Shown here: piece after piece, positions 53,848 through 64,000 of the stretch | How the letters are laid out: each line of letters opens with the position of its first letter | Position numbering within the stretch: position 1 is the first letter of the stretch | Assembly (NCBI GenBank): GCA_963844835.1 | Contig: CAWJPT010000017.1 | Coordinates: forward strand, 11,433-75,432 | Reading direction: 5' to 3' | Length of the DNA: 64,000 bases | Source: an uncultured bacterium | GTDB lineage: Bacteria > Actinomycetota > Acidimicrobiia > Spongiisociales > UBA5794 | Position numbers and translations under genes: made by a program | Notes under the pieces: model-generated | Database searches by the model: none | Told to the model about the DNA's origin: nothing | The model's input: only the letters and a program-made list of their open reading frames with translations

Positions 53848-54779
53848 CCAGCCCGAAGACAGAGAAGCGTCTCCATCGATTGCTTGCGATGCTCCCGTGG
53901 GTCATCGCCAATCCCGGAAGCACCGTTGGCGAGGTATGCGACCGATTCGGATACACGAGCACCGAGCTGGCCACGGACCTGAATCTGGTCTTTGTGTGCG
54001 GGCTGCCCGGTTACGGTCCCGGTGACCTCATGGTCGCCTACGTCGACGAGGACGAGGTCGTGGTGGAGATGGCGGATTACTTCGCCAACCCGATCAAGCT
54101 GACGCCCCCGGAGGCCCTCTCACTCCTGGCGACGGGCATGGCGCTGCTCTCGACCGGGCAGGCGCCGGTGGCGCTGAGAACCGCGGTCGACAAGCTGCAG
54201 AGGGCGGTCATCGGCGGAGACGAGGAGAACCTCATCGTGGATCTCGCCGAGCCCCCGTTTGTCGCCGAGTTGCGGGCCGCGGCCAAGAGCTCGACTGTTG
54301 TCGAGATCGTCTACACCGCGCTCGCCAGCGGGAAGACGACGATTCGGGAAGTGGAGCCGTGGATCGTGTTTGCCACGATGGGCAACTGGTACCTGCGGGG
54401 TTATTGCCGTTCCGCCGCGGCAGAGCGGGTGTTTCGCATCGATCGCATCCAGAGCATCGCCGTCAGGGACGAGCACTTCGAGCCGCCTCAGGCGAAGCTC
54501 GCACCCGAGATCGGGTACGTCCCGAACGAGGAAGACGTGCGAGCCGTCATCCGTCTGCACGAGCAGGCTCGCTGGGTTGCCGCGTACTACCCCGTGGAGA
54601 TCGTTGCCGACACGAAGGCCGGCCTGGATGTCCGATTTTCTGCTTCGGACGCCTCTGTGATCGCCCGGTTGCTCATCCGCCTCGGCAGGACTGCCGAGCT
54701 GATCGAAGGTGCCGAGGTGGCCGCCCGAGAGGACGAATTGCGCACCCGGATCTTGCGTCGCTACATGGCCGCTGGGTGA
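53844..54779 (+). CDS. pafC: HTH/WYL-domain transcriptional regulator PafC
   Basis: RLHRLLAMLPWVIANPGSTVGEVCDRFG (wHTH). WYL region (VFATMGNWYLRGYC). 311 aa, intact. Confidence 0.88.
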   Translation: MTSPKTEKRLHRLLAMLPWVIANPGSTVGEVCDRFGYTSTELATDLNLVFVCGLPGYGPGDLMVAYVDEDEVVVEMADYFANPIKLTPPEALSLLATGMALLSTGQAPVALRTAVDKLQRAVIGGDEENLIVDLAEPPFVAELRAAAKSSTVVEIVYTALASGKTTIREVEPWIVFATMGNWYLRGYCRSAAAERVFRIDRIQSIAVRDEHFEPPQAKLAPEIGYVPNEEDVRAVIRLHEQARWVAAYYPVEIVADTKAGLDVRFSASDASVIARLLIRLGRTAELIEGAEVAAREDELRTRILRRYMAAG

Positions 54780-54801
54780 GAGCGGCCAGGGGGCTACTAC
54801 G

Positions 54802-54826
54802 AATGACTACCTCCTAAATAGTCATT
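54802..54826. repeat. AT-rich perfect 8-bp inverted repeat (AATGACTA-N9-TAGTCATT) in the pafC / Zn-ribbon intergenic region
   Basis: AATGACTA at 54802-54809 and TAGTCATT at 54819-54826. It stands out against the GC-rich background. It lies 23 nt after the pafC stop and 64 nt before the next ATG. Confidence 0.6.
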
Positions 54827-54889
54827 TAGCAGCCGGTGGATTTGCCGATGTCAAGGAGGAGAAACACACGCTCATTGGAGTAGGGCCAC

Positions 54890-55183
54890 ATGACCACCAT
54901 CAGAACTACGTGCAACCGCTGCGGGGACGTAGAGCTCACCACGGCCGATATCGGTCTCGAGCTGAGCTCGGAGACTTCGAGCGGCACCTACCGGTTTGCT
55001 TGCCCCTTCTGCGGCATCACTCAGCGTCGTCCGGCGAACCACAGGGTTGTCAGCATCCTCCTCGCAACCGGCGTTGAGTACGACATCATTGCCACCACAG
55101 GCCCTATCACCGAGTCCGAGATCGATGGGTTCGTCTCGTCACTGGACAGCGACGACTGGTTCTCGGAGCTGGCCACCAGCTAG
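54890..55183 (+). CDS. small zinc-ribbon protein (97 aa), unknown function
   Basis: CNRCG..(28 aa)..CPFCG four-Cys arrangement. GGAG lies 9 nt upstream of the ATG. Has its own terminator downstream. Confidence 0.6.
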   Translation: MTTIRTTCNRCGDVELTTADIGLELSSETSSGTYRFACPFCGITQRRPANHRVVSILLATGVEYDIIATTGPITESEIDGFVSSLDSDDWFSELATS

Positions 55184-55210
55184 CCAAGATCGCGACCCAT
55201 ACTCCATGAG

Positions 55211-55244
55211 GCGCCGACCATGACTGGTCGGCGCTTTTGCGTTT
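55211..55244 (+). terminator. intrinsic terminator after the Zn-ribbon gene
   Basis: Perfect 9-bp stem GCGCCGACC / GGTCGGCGC, loop ATGACT, followed by TTTTGCGTTT. Confidence 0.75.
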
Positions 55245-55291
55245 CCCGACGGTGCAGCACAGAGTTGGACGACAGCTAGCATTCTCGGTCC

Positions 55292-55792
55292 ATGGGCAAT
55301 TTCAGCCTCTCCGAAATCATCACCATCGTCGTCATCATCCTGATCGTCTTCGGTCCGGAGCGCTTGCCCGAAATGGCGAAGAAAGCGGGCCAGCTGGTCA
55401 GCAAAGGCCGTTCGATGATCAACGACCTCCGCCACGAGTTCGAGAACGAGCTGGGCGACGTCGCCCAGCCACTCAAGGACGTCCGCCAGGAGCTGGAGGG
55501 CGTCAAGAAAGACCTGCAGACTTCGATGACGTCATTGAACGACGAGATCGCCAAGGCGAAGAAGGACCTCGAAGAACAAGTAGACGAGGCCAAGAAGAAG
55601 GTCGAATCTGAGTTGGCCGACACGAAGGAAGAGCTGCAGAAGACGGTATCCGAAGATGAGGGCAGTCGACCGTCAGCGGATCCGGCCGACGGTGAGGGCG
55701 ACCAGGCTGCTGCGGATGACGATGCCGGTCCTGATCAGGCGGTCGGGGATGAGGAGTCCGGCTCGAGTGATGAAGAGGACGGCGGCGCATGA
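55292..55792 (+). CDS. tatA: twin-arginine translocase TatA/TatB-family protein with a long acidic tail
   Basis: MGNFSLSEIITIVVIILIVFGPERLPEMAKKAG (TM plus the FGP..LP hinge), amphipathic helix, then a Glu/Asp-rich C-terminus. 166 aa. Confidence 0.88.
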   Translation: MGNFSLSEIITIVVIILIVFGPERLPEMAKKAGQLVSKGRSMINDLRHEFENELGDVAQPLKDVRQELEGVKKDLQTSMTSLNDEIAKAKKDLEEQVDEAKKKVESELADTKEELQKTVSEDEGSRPSADPADGEGDQAAADDDAGPDQAVGDEESGSSDEEDGGA

Positions 55793-56499
55793 CCGATGCC
55801 CGGATGCCGTTGATGAACCACCTGGTCGAGCTGCGCTCACGCATCATCAAATCCGTGATCGCTCTCGCCGTCGGCACCGTGATCGGTTTCATCTTCTACC
55901 TGGACATCCTCGACATCCTGGCGAAGCCGTATGTGGATGCCACCAACGAGGGACTTGCCTTCTTCCAGCCCACCGAGCCGTTCTCACTGGCGCTGCGAGT
56001 CGCCATGTTCGGGGGCGTGATCATCGCAAGTCCCGTCATCATCTATCAGATCTGGCGATTCATCAGCCCCGCCCTGACCAAGAGAGAGCGACGCTACGTC
56101 TACCCGCTGAGTGCGATCATGGCCGGGCTGTTCGTCGCTGGTGTCGTCCTCGGCTACTACACGTTGCCACTGGCACTGCGGGTCCTGTTCAGCTTCGGTG
56201 GCGACCTGCTCAAAGAGACCGTCGGTGTCAACTACTACTTCAGCTTTGCGATGCGCTTCCTGCTCGCTTTCGGGGCGGCATTCCAGTTCCCGGTCTTCTT
56301 GTTCGCCGCCGCCGCGCTCGGGCTGGTCAGCAGCGACACCCTGCGGCATCAGCGCCGGTGGGCGGTGGTGATCGTCGTGGTGACGGCGGCACTGCTCACC
56401 CCGGGTGGGGATCCGCTCTCGCTGGCGTTGCTGTCGACCCCGATGTACATCCTTTTCGAGTTGTCGATCCTCGCTATCCGTCACATCCTGCATAAATGA
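55789..56499 (+). CDS. tatC: twin-arginine translocase subunit TatC
   Basis: MPLMNHLVELRSRIIKSVIA.., six TM helices. ATG overlaps the tatA stop (ATGA). Confidence 0.93.
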   Translation: MTDARMPLMNHLVELRSRIIKSVIALAVGTVIGFIFYLDILDILAKPYVDATNEGLAFFQPTEPFSLALRVAMFGGVIIASPVIIYQIWRFISPALTKRERRYVYPLSAIMAGLFVAGVVLGYYTLPLALRVLFSFGGDLLKETVGVNYYFSFAMRFLLAFGAAFQFPVFLFAAAALGLVSSDTLRHQRRWAVVIVVVTAALLTPGGDPLSLALLSTPMYILFELSILAIRHILHK

Positions 56500-59001
56500 C
56501 GTCGGCGTTCACTCCCGACCCTTTCCAGACAGAGGCCGTGACCCATATCCGGGACGGGAAGTCGGTCGTTGTCGTCGCTCCCACCGGCGCGGGCAAGACA
56601 TATGTCGCCGAGCAGGCGGTCGCCCTGGCCGTTGCCGGTGGCGGAAGAGCGTTCTACACAGCACCGATCAAGGCGCTTTCGAACCAGAAGTACGGCGACT
56701 TCTGTGACGCATACGGGGAAGACAAGGTGGGGTTGCTCACCGGGGACAACGTCATCAACGGTGACGCCCCGATAGTGGTGATGACCACAGAGGTACTGCG
56801 GAACATGATCTACGCCGAATCCACGGCACTACGCGGGCTTGCCGTTGTCATCCTCGACGAAGTGCACTACCTGCAGAACCGGTACCGGGGCTCGGTATGG
56901 GAAGAGGTCATCATCCATCTGCCGCGCGAGATACCGCTCGTCTGCCTGTCCGCCACCATCGCTAATTCCGAGGAGTTCACCGCATGGGTGCGCAGCAGGC
57001 GCGGTGGAGAGACGGAGCTTGTGGTCGAGACCCATCGCCCGGTACCGCTCGAGAGCATGTACATGATCAAGGATCGGCACCGCGACGGGGCGATCATCCT
57101 GCTGCCGGTCTTTCACGGAAAGCGGGCGAACGCCGAGGTGACCCGGCTGCTGCAGAAAGGCAGGGGCCGCTATCGCAGGTTTGCCACCCCGCGCCGGCTC
57201 GAGGTCAGCGAAGAGTTGGCCGGTTCTGGCCTGCTCCCCGCTATCTACTTCATCTTCTCGCGGGCGGGTTGTGATCAGGCGGCAGGGCTGGTTGCAGGGG
57301 CGCGGCTCGGGCTCACCACCCGGGATGAGCAGATCGAGATAAGAGAGCGGGTAGCCGTTCTCACCGAGCACCTGCCGGAGCAGGACCTGCGTGCGCTCGG
57401 CTACGACACCTGGCTGGAACGTCTCGAACAAGGTGTTGCAGCGCACCATGCCGGGATGGTGCCTGCGTTCAAGGAGACGGTGGAGGACCTATTCGCAGCT
57501 GGGCTCGTCAAGATCGTGTTTGCCACCGAGACCCTCTCTCTCGGCATCAACATGCCGGCCCGCACCGTCGTCCTGGAGCGCCTGAGCAAGTTCAACGGAG
57601 AGGCTCACGAGATCATCCAGCCGGGTGACTACACACAGCTGACCGGACGGGCGGGTCGACGCGGTATCGACGTGATGGGGACGGCCGTCGTGCTCCACAA
57701 CTTCGACGTCCCCTTCGAGAGAGTGGCGGCGATCGCCGCCGAAGGGTCGCCACCCGCTCGAGTCGAGCTTCCAGCCCACCTACAACATGGCGGCGAACCT
57801 GATGGCCAACTACTCGCAGGAAGCGGCAGAGAGGTTACTCAGTGCCTCGTTCGCCGAGTTTCGCTCCGAGCAGCGGAGGGCACAGCTGGAAGAGCACCTG
57901 CAGGAGAGGCAAGAGGAAGCGGAGCATTTCAGACGGCAGGCGGAGTGTGAGCTGGGCGACATCTGGGCGTTTGTCGATAGTGCCGATGGTGCGCCGCTCA
58001 ACCAGCTGCAGACGCTGCGCGACTTCTCCCAGCAGCTACGGGAAGGCGACGTGCTCCGGCCCGCAAGACGCACCGCGGAACGATGGGTGCTGCTCGCCAG
58101 GGGATGGGGAGCAAACCCGCGCATGGTCTTTGTCGACGGCTCCGGTGCCGAGCATCGGGTCAGTGCCGACCACCTCGACCCCGGGGTCGCCATTGTCGGG
58201 ACGATGGACCTGCCGTTGCCGGTGCGAAGCCGTGATGGTGGCTATCGCAACAGCGTCTCGCAGCGACTACGGGCATGGGTCCCCAGCCCGGACTTTGTGA
58301 TTCGGGAGCACGAGCCGGGTTCCCGTGACGGCGTTGGCGGCTGCCCCCAGCTCGCCGACCACCTCCGGTGGGTGCGGCGTTTCCAGCGGGCCGACAAGGA
58401 AGTGCGCCGGTTGCAGCGCCGGGTGCGGAGAAACAACGAGGGGCTCGTCACCATGTTCCGCGCCATCCTCAGGCTGCTCGGCGACTGGGGCTACGTGAGC
58501 GGTTGGAAGCTCTCGGACAAGGGCAGCCAGCTCCGCTTCATCTACAACGAGCTGGACTTGCTCCTCGTCGAATCCGTATCACGCGGGCTCTGCGACGGCT
58601 TGGACGGTGCTCATCTCGCCGCTTTGACCTCGTTGTTCACCTACGAGGCACGACGCACCGAAGGTGAGGAGGCGGCACCTCCTGAGGGCATCAGCGGGCG
58701 TGTCGAACAGATCGAGAAGCTGGCGGAGGAGCTGATCAGCGCCGAGGCGACTGCGGGAGTGCCGGAGTCACGTCTCCCGGATGCGGGCTTCGCCGCGATC
58801 GCGTACGCTTGGGCCGCGGGTCACGATCTCGAGGAATTATTCGACGATGATCTCGCCGCTGGAGATTTTGTGAGAAACTGCCGCCAGTTGATCGATGTGC
58901 TTCGTCAGCTCAGGGACGGGTTCCCCACCTTGCGCGCCGCCGCCGCCGAGGGCATAGCGGCCATCGATCGAGGTGTGGTCGCAGCCGGAGGACGAGCATG
59001 A
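56496..59001 (+). CDS. helY: Ski2-like DEAD/DEAH-box helicase HelY (frame break near 57750)
   Basis: Walker A APTGAGKT, DEVH (VILDEVHYL), LSATIAN, HHAGM, TETLSLGINMPA, QLTGRAGRRG. ..AAEGS|HPLESSFQPTYNMAANLM.. joins frame 0 to 1. Confidence 0.92.
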
Positions 59002-59883
59002 CCTGGTGGGTGATCGTGAATCCTGCGGCGGGTAAGCCGCAGGAGGTGATCCCGCTCGTACAGACAGCGTTGGACGGGGCGGGGGTCGACTACGCCATCA
59101 GGGAGTCGTCGAGCCCTGCACACATCCCCGAGTTGATCGCGGCAGGCAAACGTGAGGGTGTCAGCCGATTCGCAGGCGTCGGTGGTGACGGTACTGCACA
59201 CTTGATCCTCAACGCCCTGATGGGGCAAGAGTGGGCGAAGCCTCCCGGTCTGGCCATTCTCCCAGCAGGAAGTGGCTCGGACTTCATAAGGACGTTTGCG
59301 TTGCCACGCAACATCGAAGACGCGGCGAGACGCCTGGCCACCGACGACTGGTACCCGACGGACGTGCTCCGCATGCAAGGGACGTTCGGTACGGTCTATG
59401 CCCTCAATGCGATCGAGCTCGGTGTCGGGGCCGCCGCGGTCACCACCGCCATGAGGTTGCCCCGGTGGGTGGGAGAGAAGCGCTACGCCATTGCGTTCTG
59501 GCTCGCCCTGCCCGGATTCGGCTCCGACGTGGTCGAGGTCATCGTCGACGGGAAGATGAAGATATCGGGGCGGGCGATCGAAGTGGTGATCGCCAACGGC
59601 CAGTTCTTCGGCGGAGGCATGAACATTGCCCCGAAGGCGAGCGCCTCCGACGGGATTGCCGACGTGCAAGTGTTCTCGGGTCCCCGGCGCAAGGCGTTCA
59701 CGCGTGATGCCGCGCGTAGTCCGAGGAATGCACCTGCAACACCGGAATCTGCGCCGAACTACCGGGAAAGATGTAATAATCCACGCGCCGGCGGACTGGC
59801 CCGTGGAAGCCGATGGCGAATTGCTCGGGAACGGCCCGATTTCGGTTACTGTGCTGCCCGCCGCGATTGAATTCAAGATTTGA
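58998..59883 (+). CDS. diacylglycerol/lipid kinase family protein (frame break near 59700)
   Basis: VIVNPAAGK, GVGGDGTAHLILNAL. ..GPRRKAF|RVMPRVVRGMHL..PVEADGELLG..VLPAAIEFKI* joins frame 0 to 1. Confidence 0.85.
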
Positions 59884-59954
59884 GGAGAATCGCCGAAAAG
59901 GTGGTTGGGAACGGCAAAGCCGTCAACTTACTCCTTGCTCCATTGTGAGGTGCC

Positions 59955-60404
59955 ATGACGACAGACATTGATTTCGAGGATGAGATGCCAGACGACGAGA
60001 TGCCGGACGACATCGACGACGACGATATTTCGGACGATCTCTTCGACGACGAGCCCGCAGAGGACGATCTTATCGACGAGGACCTGGAAGACGACGACGT
60101 CACTCCCGGCGTTGACGCTGATGAGGATGACGACGACGAAGACGAGGACGAAGACACCGAGGCTCTCGACGACCTCGAAGCCGAAGAGCTCGACATGCTC
60201 ACAGACGATGAGGCGTCGGAGACCATCGCCGCCGACGAGGAGAAGCAACTGCGCGATATTCGCAGGGCCCAGATCTCGATCGAGGCGAGCGCAGCCGGTG
60301 GTGCCGGCGCTAACGAGTTCGTGTGCTCCTCGTGCTTCCTGGTGAAGAAGACGTCACAGCTTGCGAACAAGCGCAAGAAGATCTGTCGCGATTGTGCGGT
60401 CTGA
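59955..60404 (+). CDS. DUF4193-family protein (hyper-acidic N-terminus, C-terminal CxxC..CxxC)
   Basis: About 95 residues, mostly Asp/Glu. Then ..EFVCSSCFLVKKTSQLANKRKKICRDCAV*. Family name is from memory of this conserved actinobacterial C-terminus. Confidence 0.75.
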   Translation: MTTDIDFEDEMPDDEMPDDIDDDDISDDLFDDEPAEDDLIDEDLEDDDVTPGVDADEDDDDEDEDEDTEALDDLEAEELDMLTDDEASETIAADEEKQLRDIRRAQISIEASAAGGAGANEFVCSSCFLVKKTSQLANKRKKICRDCAV

Positions 60405-61113
60405 AGCTCTCGTAGTCGTTCCCACATACAACGAAGCAGAGAACATCGCCCTCATCGCCGCTGCGGTCCGCTCCCAAGGGCTAGGCCTTCTCGTTGTCGA
60501 TGACGGCTCGCCAGACGGCACCGGCGACATCGCAGATGGGCTGGCCGCAGAAGACGAAGACATCTGGGTGCTCCACCGCAGCGAGAAGCAAGGCCTCGGC
60601 CCTGCCTACGCCGCAGGCTTCAAGTACGCGCTCGACCATGGCGCCGAGATCATCTGCGAGATGGACGCAGACTTCTCCCACGACCCGAAGGACCTGCCAC
60701 GGCTCCTGGCCGCAGTGCGCGACGGCGCAGATCTCGCCATCGGCTCCCGCTATACGAGCGGTGGCGGTGTCGAGAACTGGCCGTGGCATCGGCGCTTGCT
60801 GTCACGCGGCGGCAACATCTACGCCAGATTCATGCTGCGCACACAGATCAACGACATGACGGCAGGCTTCAGGGCTTTCCGGGCTGTTGCTCTGCAGAAG
60901 CTCGACTTCTCGGGTTGCGAGGCATCCGGATACGGGTTCCAGGTCGAGATGGCCTGGCGTGCCTCTCAACTCGGTCTCGATGTGCGCGAGGTTCCGATCA
61001 TGTTCCGGGATAGAACCGTCGGGCAGTCGAAGATGGGTGCCCACATCGCAATCGAGGCGATGTTGCTCGTCACGAAATGGGGGATCGGCAACCGCTTCCG
61101 GGGGCACCGTTAG
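60394..61113 (+). CDS. ppm1: polyprenol monophosphomannose synthase (GT2)
   Basis: LVVVPTYNEAENI, LVVDDGSPDGT, MDADFSHDP, SRYTSGGG. GTG 60394 overlaps the DUF4193 stop. Confidence 0.88.
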   Translation: MRSEALVVVPTYNEAENIALIAAAVRSQGLGLLVVDDGSPDGTGDIADGLAAEDEDIWVLHRSEKQGLGPAYAAGFKYALDHGAEIICEMDADFSHDPKDLPRLLAAVRDGADLAIGSRYTSGGGVENWPWHRRLLSRGGNIYARFMLRTQINDMTAGFRAFRAVALQKLDFSGCEASGYGFQVEMAWRASQLGLDVREVPIMFRDRTVGQSKMGAHIAIEAMLLVTKWGIGNRFRGHR

Positions 61114-61153
61114 AGTCTCGTGCGTACCCGAGGTGGATGCGGAGTGGCACCGG

Positions 61154-61627
61154 ATGGAGATTCGACAGCGGCAGGCGAGCGCCGACGACGTGGCCCGCAT
61201 CGCTGAGCTGTACGGTCCCGCCGAGGCTGAGCAGGTCGCTCTCCGCGAGCCGTGGGGTGTATCCGACGGGTTTGCCGCACCACAGTTGCAGACGCTGGAG
61301 GCGATTCTCGACGATCCCGACGCACACCTGCTGGTCGGTTCCATCGATGACGTCACCGTCGGTTTCGCATACGGCACCATCGAGGAGCTGCTGCCCCAGG
61401 CCGGGGGCGAGCAGATCGGTGTGGTCAGGATGATCTACGTCGAGGACGAGGCACGCACCGTCGGCGTCGGTGAGATGATGCTCGACGGATTGATGGACTG
61501 GTTCCAGTCTCGAGGGGTCTCCCGGTTCGATGCGATCGTCTCTCCCGGTCACCGTTTGGCCAAGAACTTCTTCGAGGCGGCCGGTTTCAAGGCGCGGCGG
61601 ATAACGATGTACCGTCACGACAAATGA
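61154..61627 (+). CDS. GNAT-family N-acetyltransferase
   Basis: ATG 61154. ..GVVRMIYVEDEARTVGVGEMMLDGLMDWFQSRG.. (acetyl-CoA-binding motif A), ..NFFEAAGF. Confidence 0.8.
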   Translation: MEIRQRQASADDVARIAELYGPAEAEQVALREPWGVSDGFAAPQLQTLEAILDDPDAHLLVGSIDDVTVGFAYGTIEELLPQAGGEQIGVVRMIYVEDEARTVGVGEMMLDGLMDWFQSRGVSRFDAIVSPGHRLAKNFFEAAGFKARRITMYRHDK

Positions 61628-62965
61628 CGACACACACAATCGAACTTCTGCAACAGATGATCCGGAACCGGTGCGTCAACGACGGCACGCCGGACTCGGG
61701 TTTCGAGCACCGCTCGGTGGAGACGCTCATCGACTACTTCGGCGTTGCCGGCGAAATCGTCGAGCCGCACCCAGGGCGACAGAACCTGATCTACCGCGTG
61801 CCGGGGAGCGACCCGGAAGCGCCGACGCTCACGCTGCTGCCTCATCTGGACGTGGTGCCGGTCACCGAGGCCGAGCTGGAGCAACGACCCCTTCGGGGGC
61901 GAGATCATCGACGGGTACGTGTGGGGACGCGGGGCCGTCGACATGCTCAACCTGACCGCGGCGATGGCCGCGGTCTTCAAGCCGTACCTAGTCGGCGATC
62001 GTGAGCCCTTGCCGGGCGACCTCATCTTTGCCGCAGTGGCCGACGAGGAGGCGGGGGGCAAGCTGGGAGCGGGTCATCTGGTTGAAGAGCACTGGGATCT
62101 CGTCGCATGCGACTATCTCCTCACCGAGGTGGCGACCCCGGGGTTCAGGACGGAACAGGGCCTGACGCTCCCGGTGACCGTCGCCGAGAAGGGCCCGGCG
62201 TGGCGCTCGCTGCGGCTGCGAGGCACCCCGGGCCACGGCAGCCAGCCGTACGCGACGGACAACGCTCTGATCGGGATGGCAGAAGCAATAACCCAGTTGG
62301 TCGGCACACCAACACCGGTTGACATCTCGCCGAGCTGGATCGAATTCATCACGTCGATCGGATTGCCTTCCGATCTCGTCGCCAGGTTGATCGACCCGGA
62401 CCGTATCGACGGCGCCATCGACGAGCTCGACGACCCCGACTTCGCCCGGTGGGTGCACGCATGCACCCACCTCACCGTCGCCCCGACGCTGCTGCATGCC
62501 GGGGAGAAGCAGAACACCATCCCCGACCTGAGCGGAGCGAGCCTCGACGTGCGCACCACCCCGAGTCAGGACCGGGCCACCGTCGACGACATGTTCCGCA
62601 AGGCTCTCGACCCGGGCCTCTACGAGCGCATCGAGATCATCGACGATCTCGACTTCCCGGCAAACGAGTCTGCCGCGGCGGGCCCGCTGTGGGACGCCAT
62701 CGATGCCGCTGCCAACGATCTCGCCGGCCCTGCGACCCTGGTGCCGATGCTGACCCCGGTGCTGACCGATGGTAGGTACTTCCGGCAGAGGGGAGTGACC
62801 GCATACGGGGTCGGCCTGTTTGAAGAGGACATGCGATTCGCCGGTGCCCTCTCCATGTTCCACGGCAACAACGAACGGGTCGGGATTCGCAGCGTCGCCC
62901 TCACCGAGGATCTGCTGACCGGCACTCTCGAGCAATTCGGAGAGCGGACCGGGGCGTCACGATGA
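61624..62965 (+). CDS. M20-family metallopeptidase/deacylase (frame break near 61876)
   Basis: LLPHLDVVPVTEAE|WSNDPFGGEIIDGYVWGRGAVDMLN, AVADEEAGG, ..GTPGHGSQP.., HGNNERV. Confidence 0.85.
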
Positions 62966-63757
62966 CGGTGCATCTCGACGGCGTACGGGCCCGTCGACAC
63001 CATCGTTTGCGACATCGACGGTGTGATCGTCCTCGGCAAGCAGCCGATCGCCGGAGCAGGCGCCGCCCTGGATCGCATCCGCGATGCCGGCCTGCCGATC
63101 ATCCTGGCCACCAACAACTCGACCAGGAAGCCCGAGATGGTGCGAAGTCACGTTCTCGAGGTCAGCGGCTTCGACCCCGGCCCGGACGCGGTAGTCAACT
63201 CGGGTGAGGCCACGGCAGAACTGCTGACGGGCCGCTACCAGCACGTGTTGGTTGTCGGCACTGACGGGTTACGCGACACCTTGCGGGACGGCGATGTCCC
63301 CGTCACGGACGACTGGACTGAGGCAGACGCGGTGGTCGTCGGTCTCGACCCGGGAGTCACCTACGACGCACTCACCGCGGCAGGCCTTGCGATCCAGAAC
63401 GGAGCCGACTTCTACGCCACCAACACCGACCCGTCGTTTCCCCAGCCAGAGGGGCTCTTTCCGGGTGCAGGGGCAATAGTGGCTGCGGTGGCAACGACCA
63501 CACACCGCCAGCCGATCGCGATCTGTGGCAAGCCCCATGAGCCGATGCGCCAGGCGCTCCGCAGTCGCACCGGCAAGCACCCGCTGATCGTCGGCGACGG
63601 TATCGAAACCGATATCGCACTGGGCAAGGCGGAAGGCTGGGCGACCGTGCTCACCCTGAGCGGGGTGATCCGCGACGTGAGCGAGATCCCCGCCGAGATG
63701 AAGCCCGACGTCGTGGTGGGCTCGATCACCGAACTGCCGGAGCTGCTCGGTCTTTGA
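62962..63757 (+). CDS. HAD-IIA family hydrolase (NagD-like), frame break near 62983
   Basis: ATG overlaps the M20 stop (ATGA). MTVHLDG|YGPVDTIVCDIDGVIV (motif I), ILATNNS (motif II), GKP.., VGDGIETDI (motif IV). Confidence 0.82.
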
Positions 63758-63759
63758 CC

Positions 63760-64000
63760 TCAGCGGTAGATCGGGGAATAGCTCGGCACTGGTTGGTGGA
63801 GCCGGCGTAGCCGGGCGACCAGCAGCGGTCGCAGCAGCAGCGTGGCCACGACACCGACGATGAAGCCACCCACATGCGCCTCCCAGGCGACGCCCTGATC
63901 CTGGGTTACGAACTGCAGCCCGAACCAGATGAGCAGGTAGAACGCAGCGGGCACCTGCACGAAGAAGTAGAAGAAGAGGCTGAGGATCTTGTGGCGGGGG
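63760..64000 (-). CDS. rhomboid-family intramembrane serine protease, C-terminal part (5' end beyond window)
   Basis: ..WEAHVGGFIVGVVATLLL.. (catalytic His in the AHxGG motif) within TM helices. The ORF stays open to the window edge. Confidence 0.7.
   Translation of the reverse strand, partial: PRHKILSLFFYFFVQVPAAFYLLIWFGLQFVTQDQGVAWEAHVGGFIVGVVATLLLRPLLVARLRRLHQPVPSYSPIYR

Noticed and set aside
59985-60200. Repetitive GAC/GAT/GAG-rich DNA as a tandem repeat or CRISPR-like array.
   Set aside because: It is in frame within a single ORF encoding a poly-Asp/Glu tract. It has no regular repeat-spacer periodicity.

Overview
GC-rich actinobacterial (Actinomycetota) chromosomal core region, mostly housekeeping genes packed on the + strand. 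In order: polA (3' part) and rpsA. Then a Tad/Flp pilus locus (cpaB-tadZ-tadA-tadB-tadC-membrane protein), convergent with two tandem flp pilin genes that lie downstream of a NarL-type two-component pair. Then coaE, uvrB, a GT87-like mannosyltransferase, uvrA, a methyltransferase, uvrC-rapZ-yvcK-gap-pgk-tpiA, an orphan peptide-type solute-binding lipoprotein, gpmA and secG. Then a five-gene Opp/Dpp-type ABC importer, tRNA-Leu(GAG), and envelope proteins (Tat lipoprotein, SLH-like/VanW protein, NUDIX, DivIVA, BON/OmpA, MFS). Then four tiny membrane proteins, trmI, a ferredoxin, and a very compact Pup-proteasome block (arc-dop-pup-prcB-prcA-pafA-pafB-pafC). Finally a Zn-ribbon gene, tatA-tatC-helY, a lipid kinase, DUF4193, ppm1, GNAT, M20 peptidase, HAD hydrolase and a partial rhomboid. 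I saw no mobile element, CRISPR array, rRNA or recognisable defence system. The main technical feature is about 34 single-base reading-frame breaks in otherwise well-conserved genes, 31 of which behave as one extra base. I read these as assembly or consensus error, and I report each disrupted gene as one full inferred span. The most interesting biology: RecA-NDp/PafBC-type promoter motifs with exact spacing upstream of uvrB and uvrA (pafBC is in the same window), several leaderless-type starts, the Tad/Flp layout with a duplicated flp cassette, a four-gene micro-protein operon, and small repeats and hairpins next to tRNA-Leu. I did not find convincing evidence for a wholly new multi-gene system.
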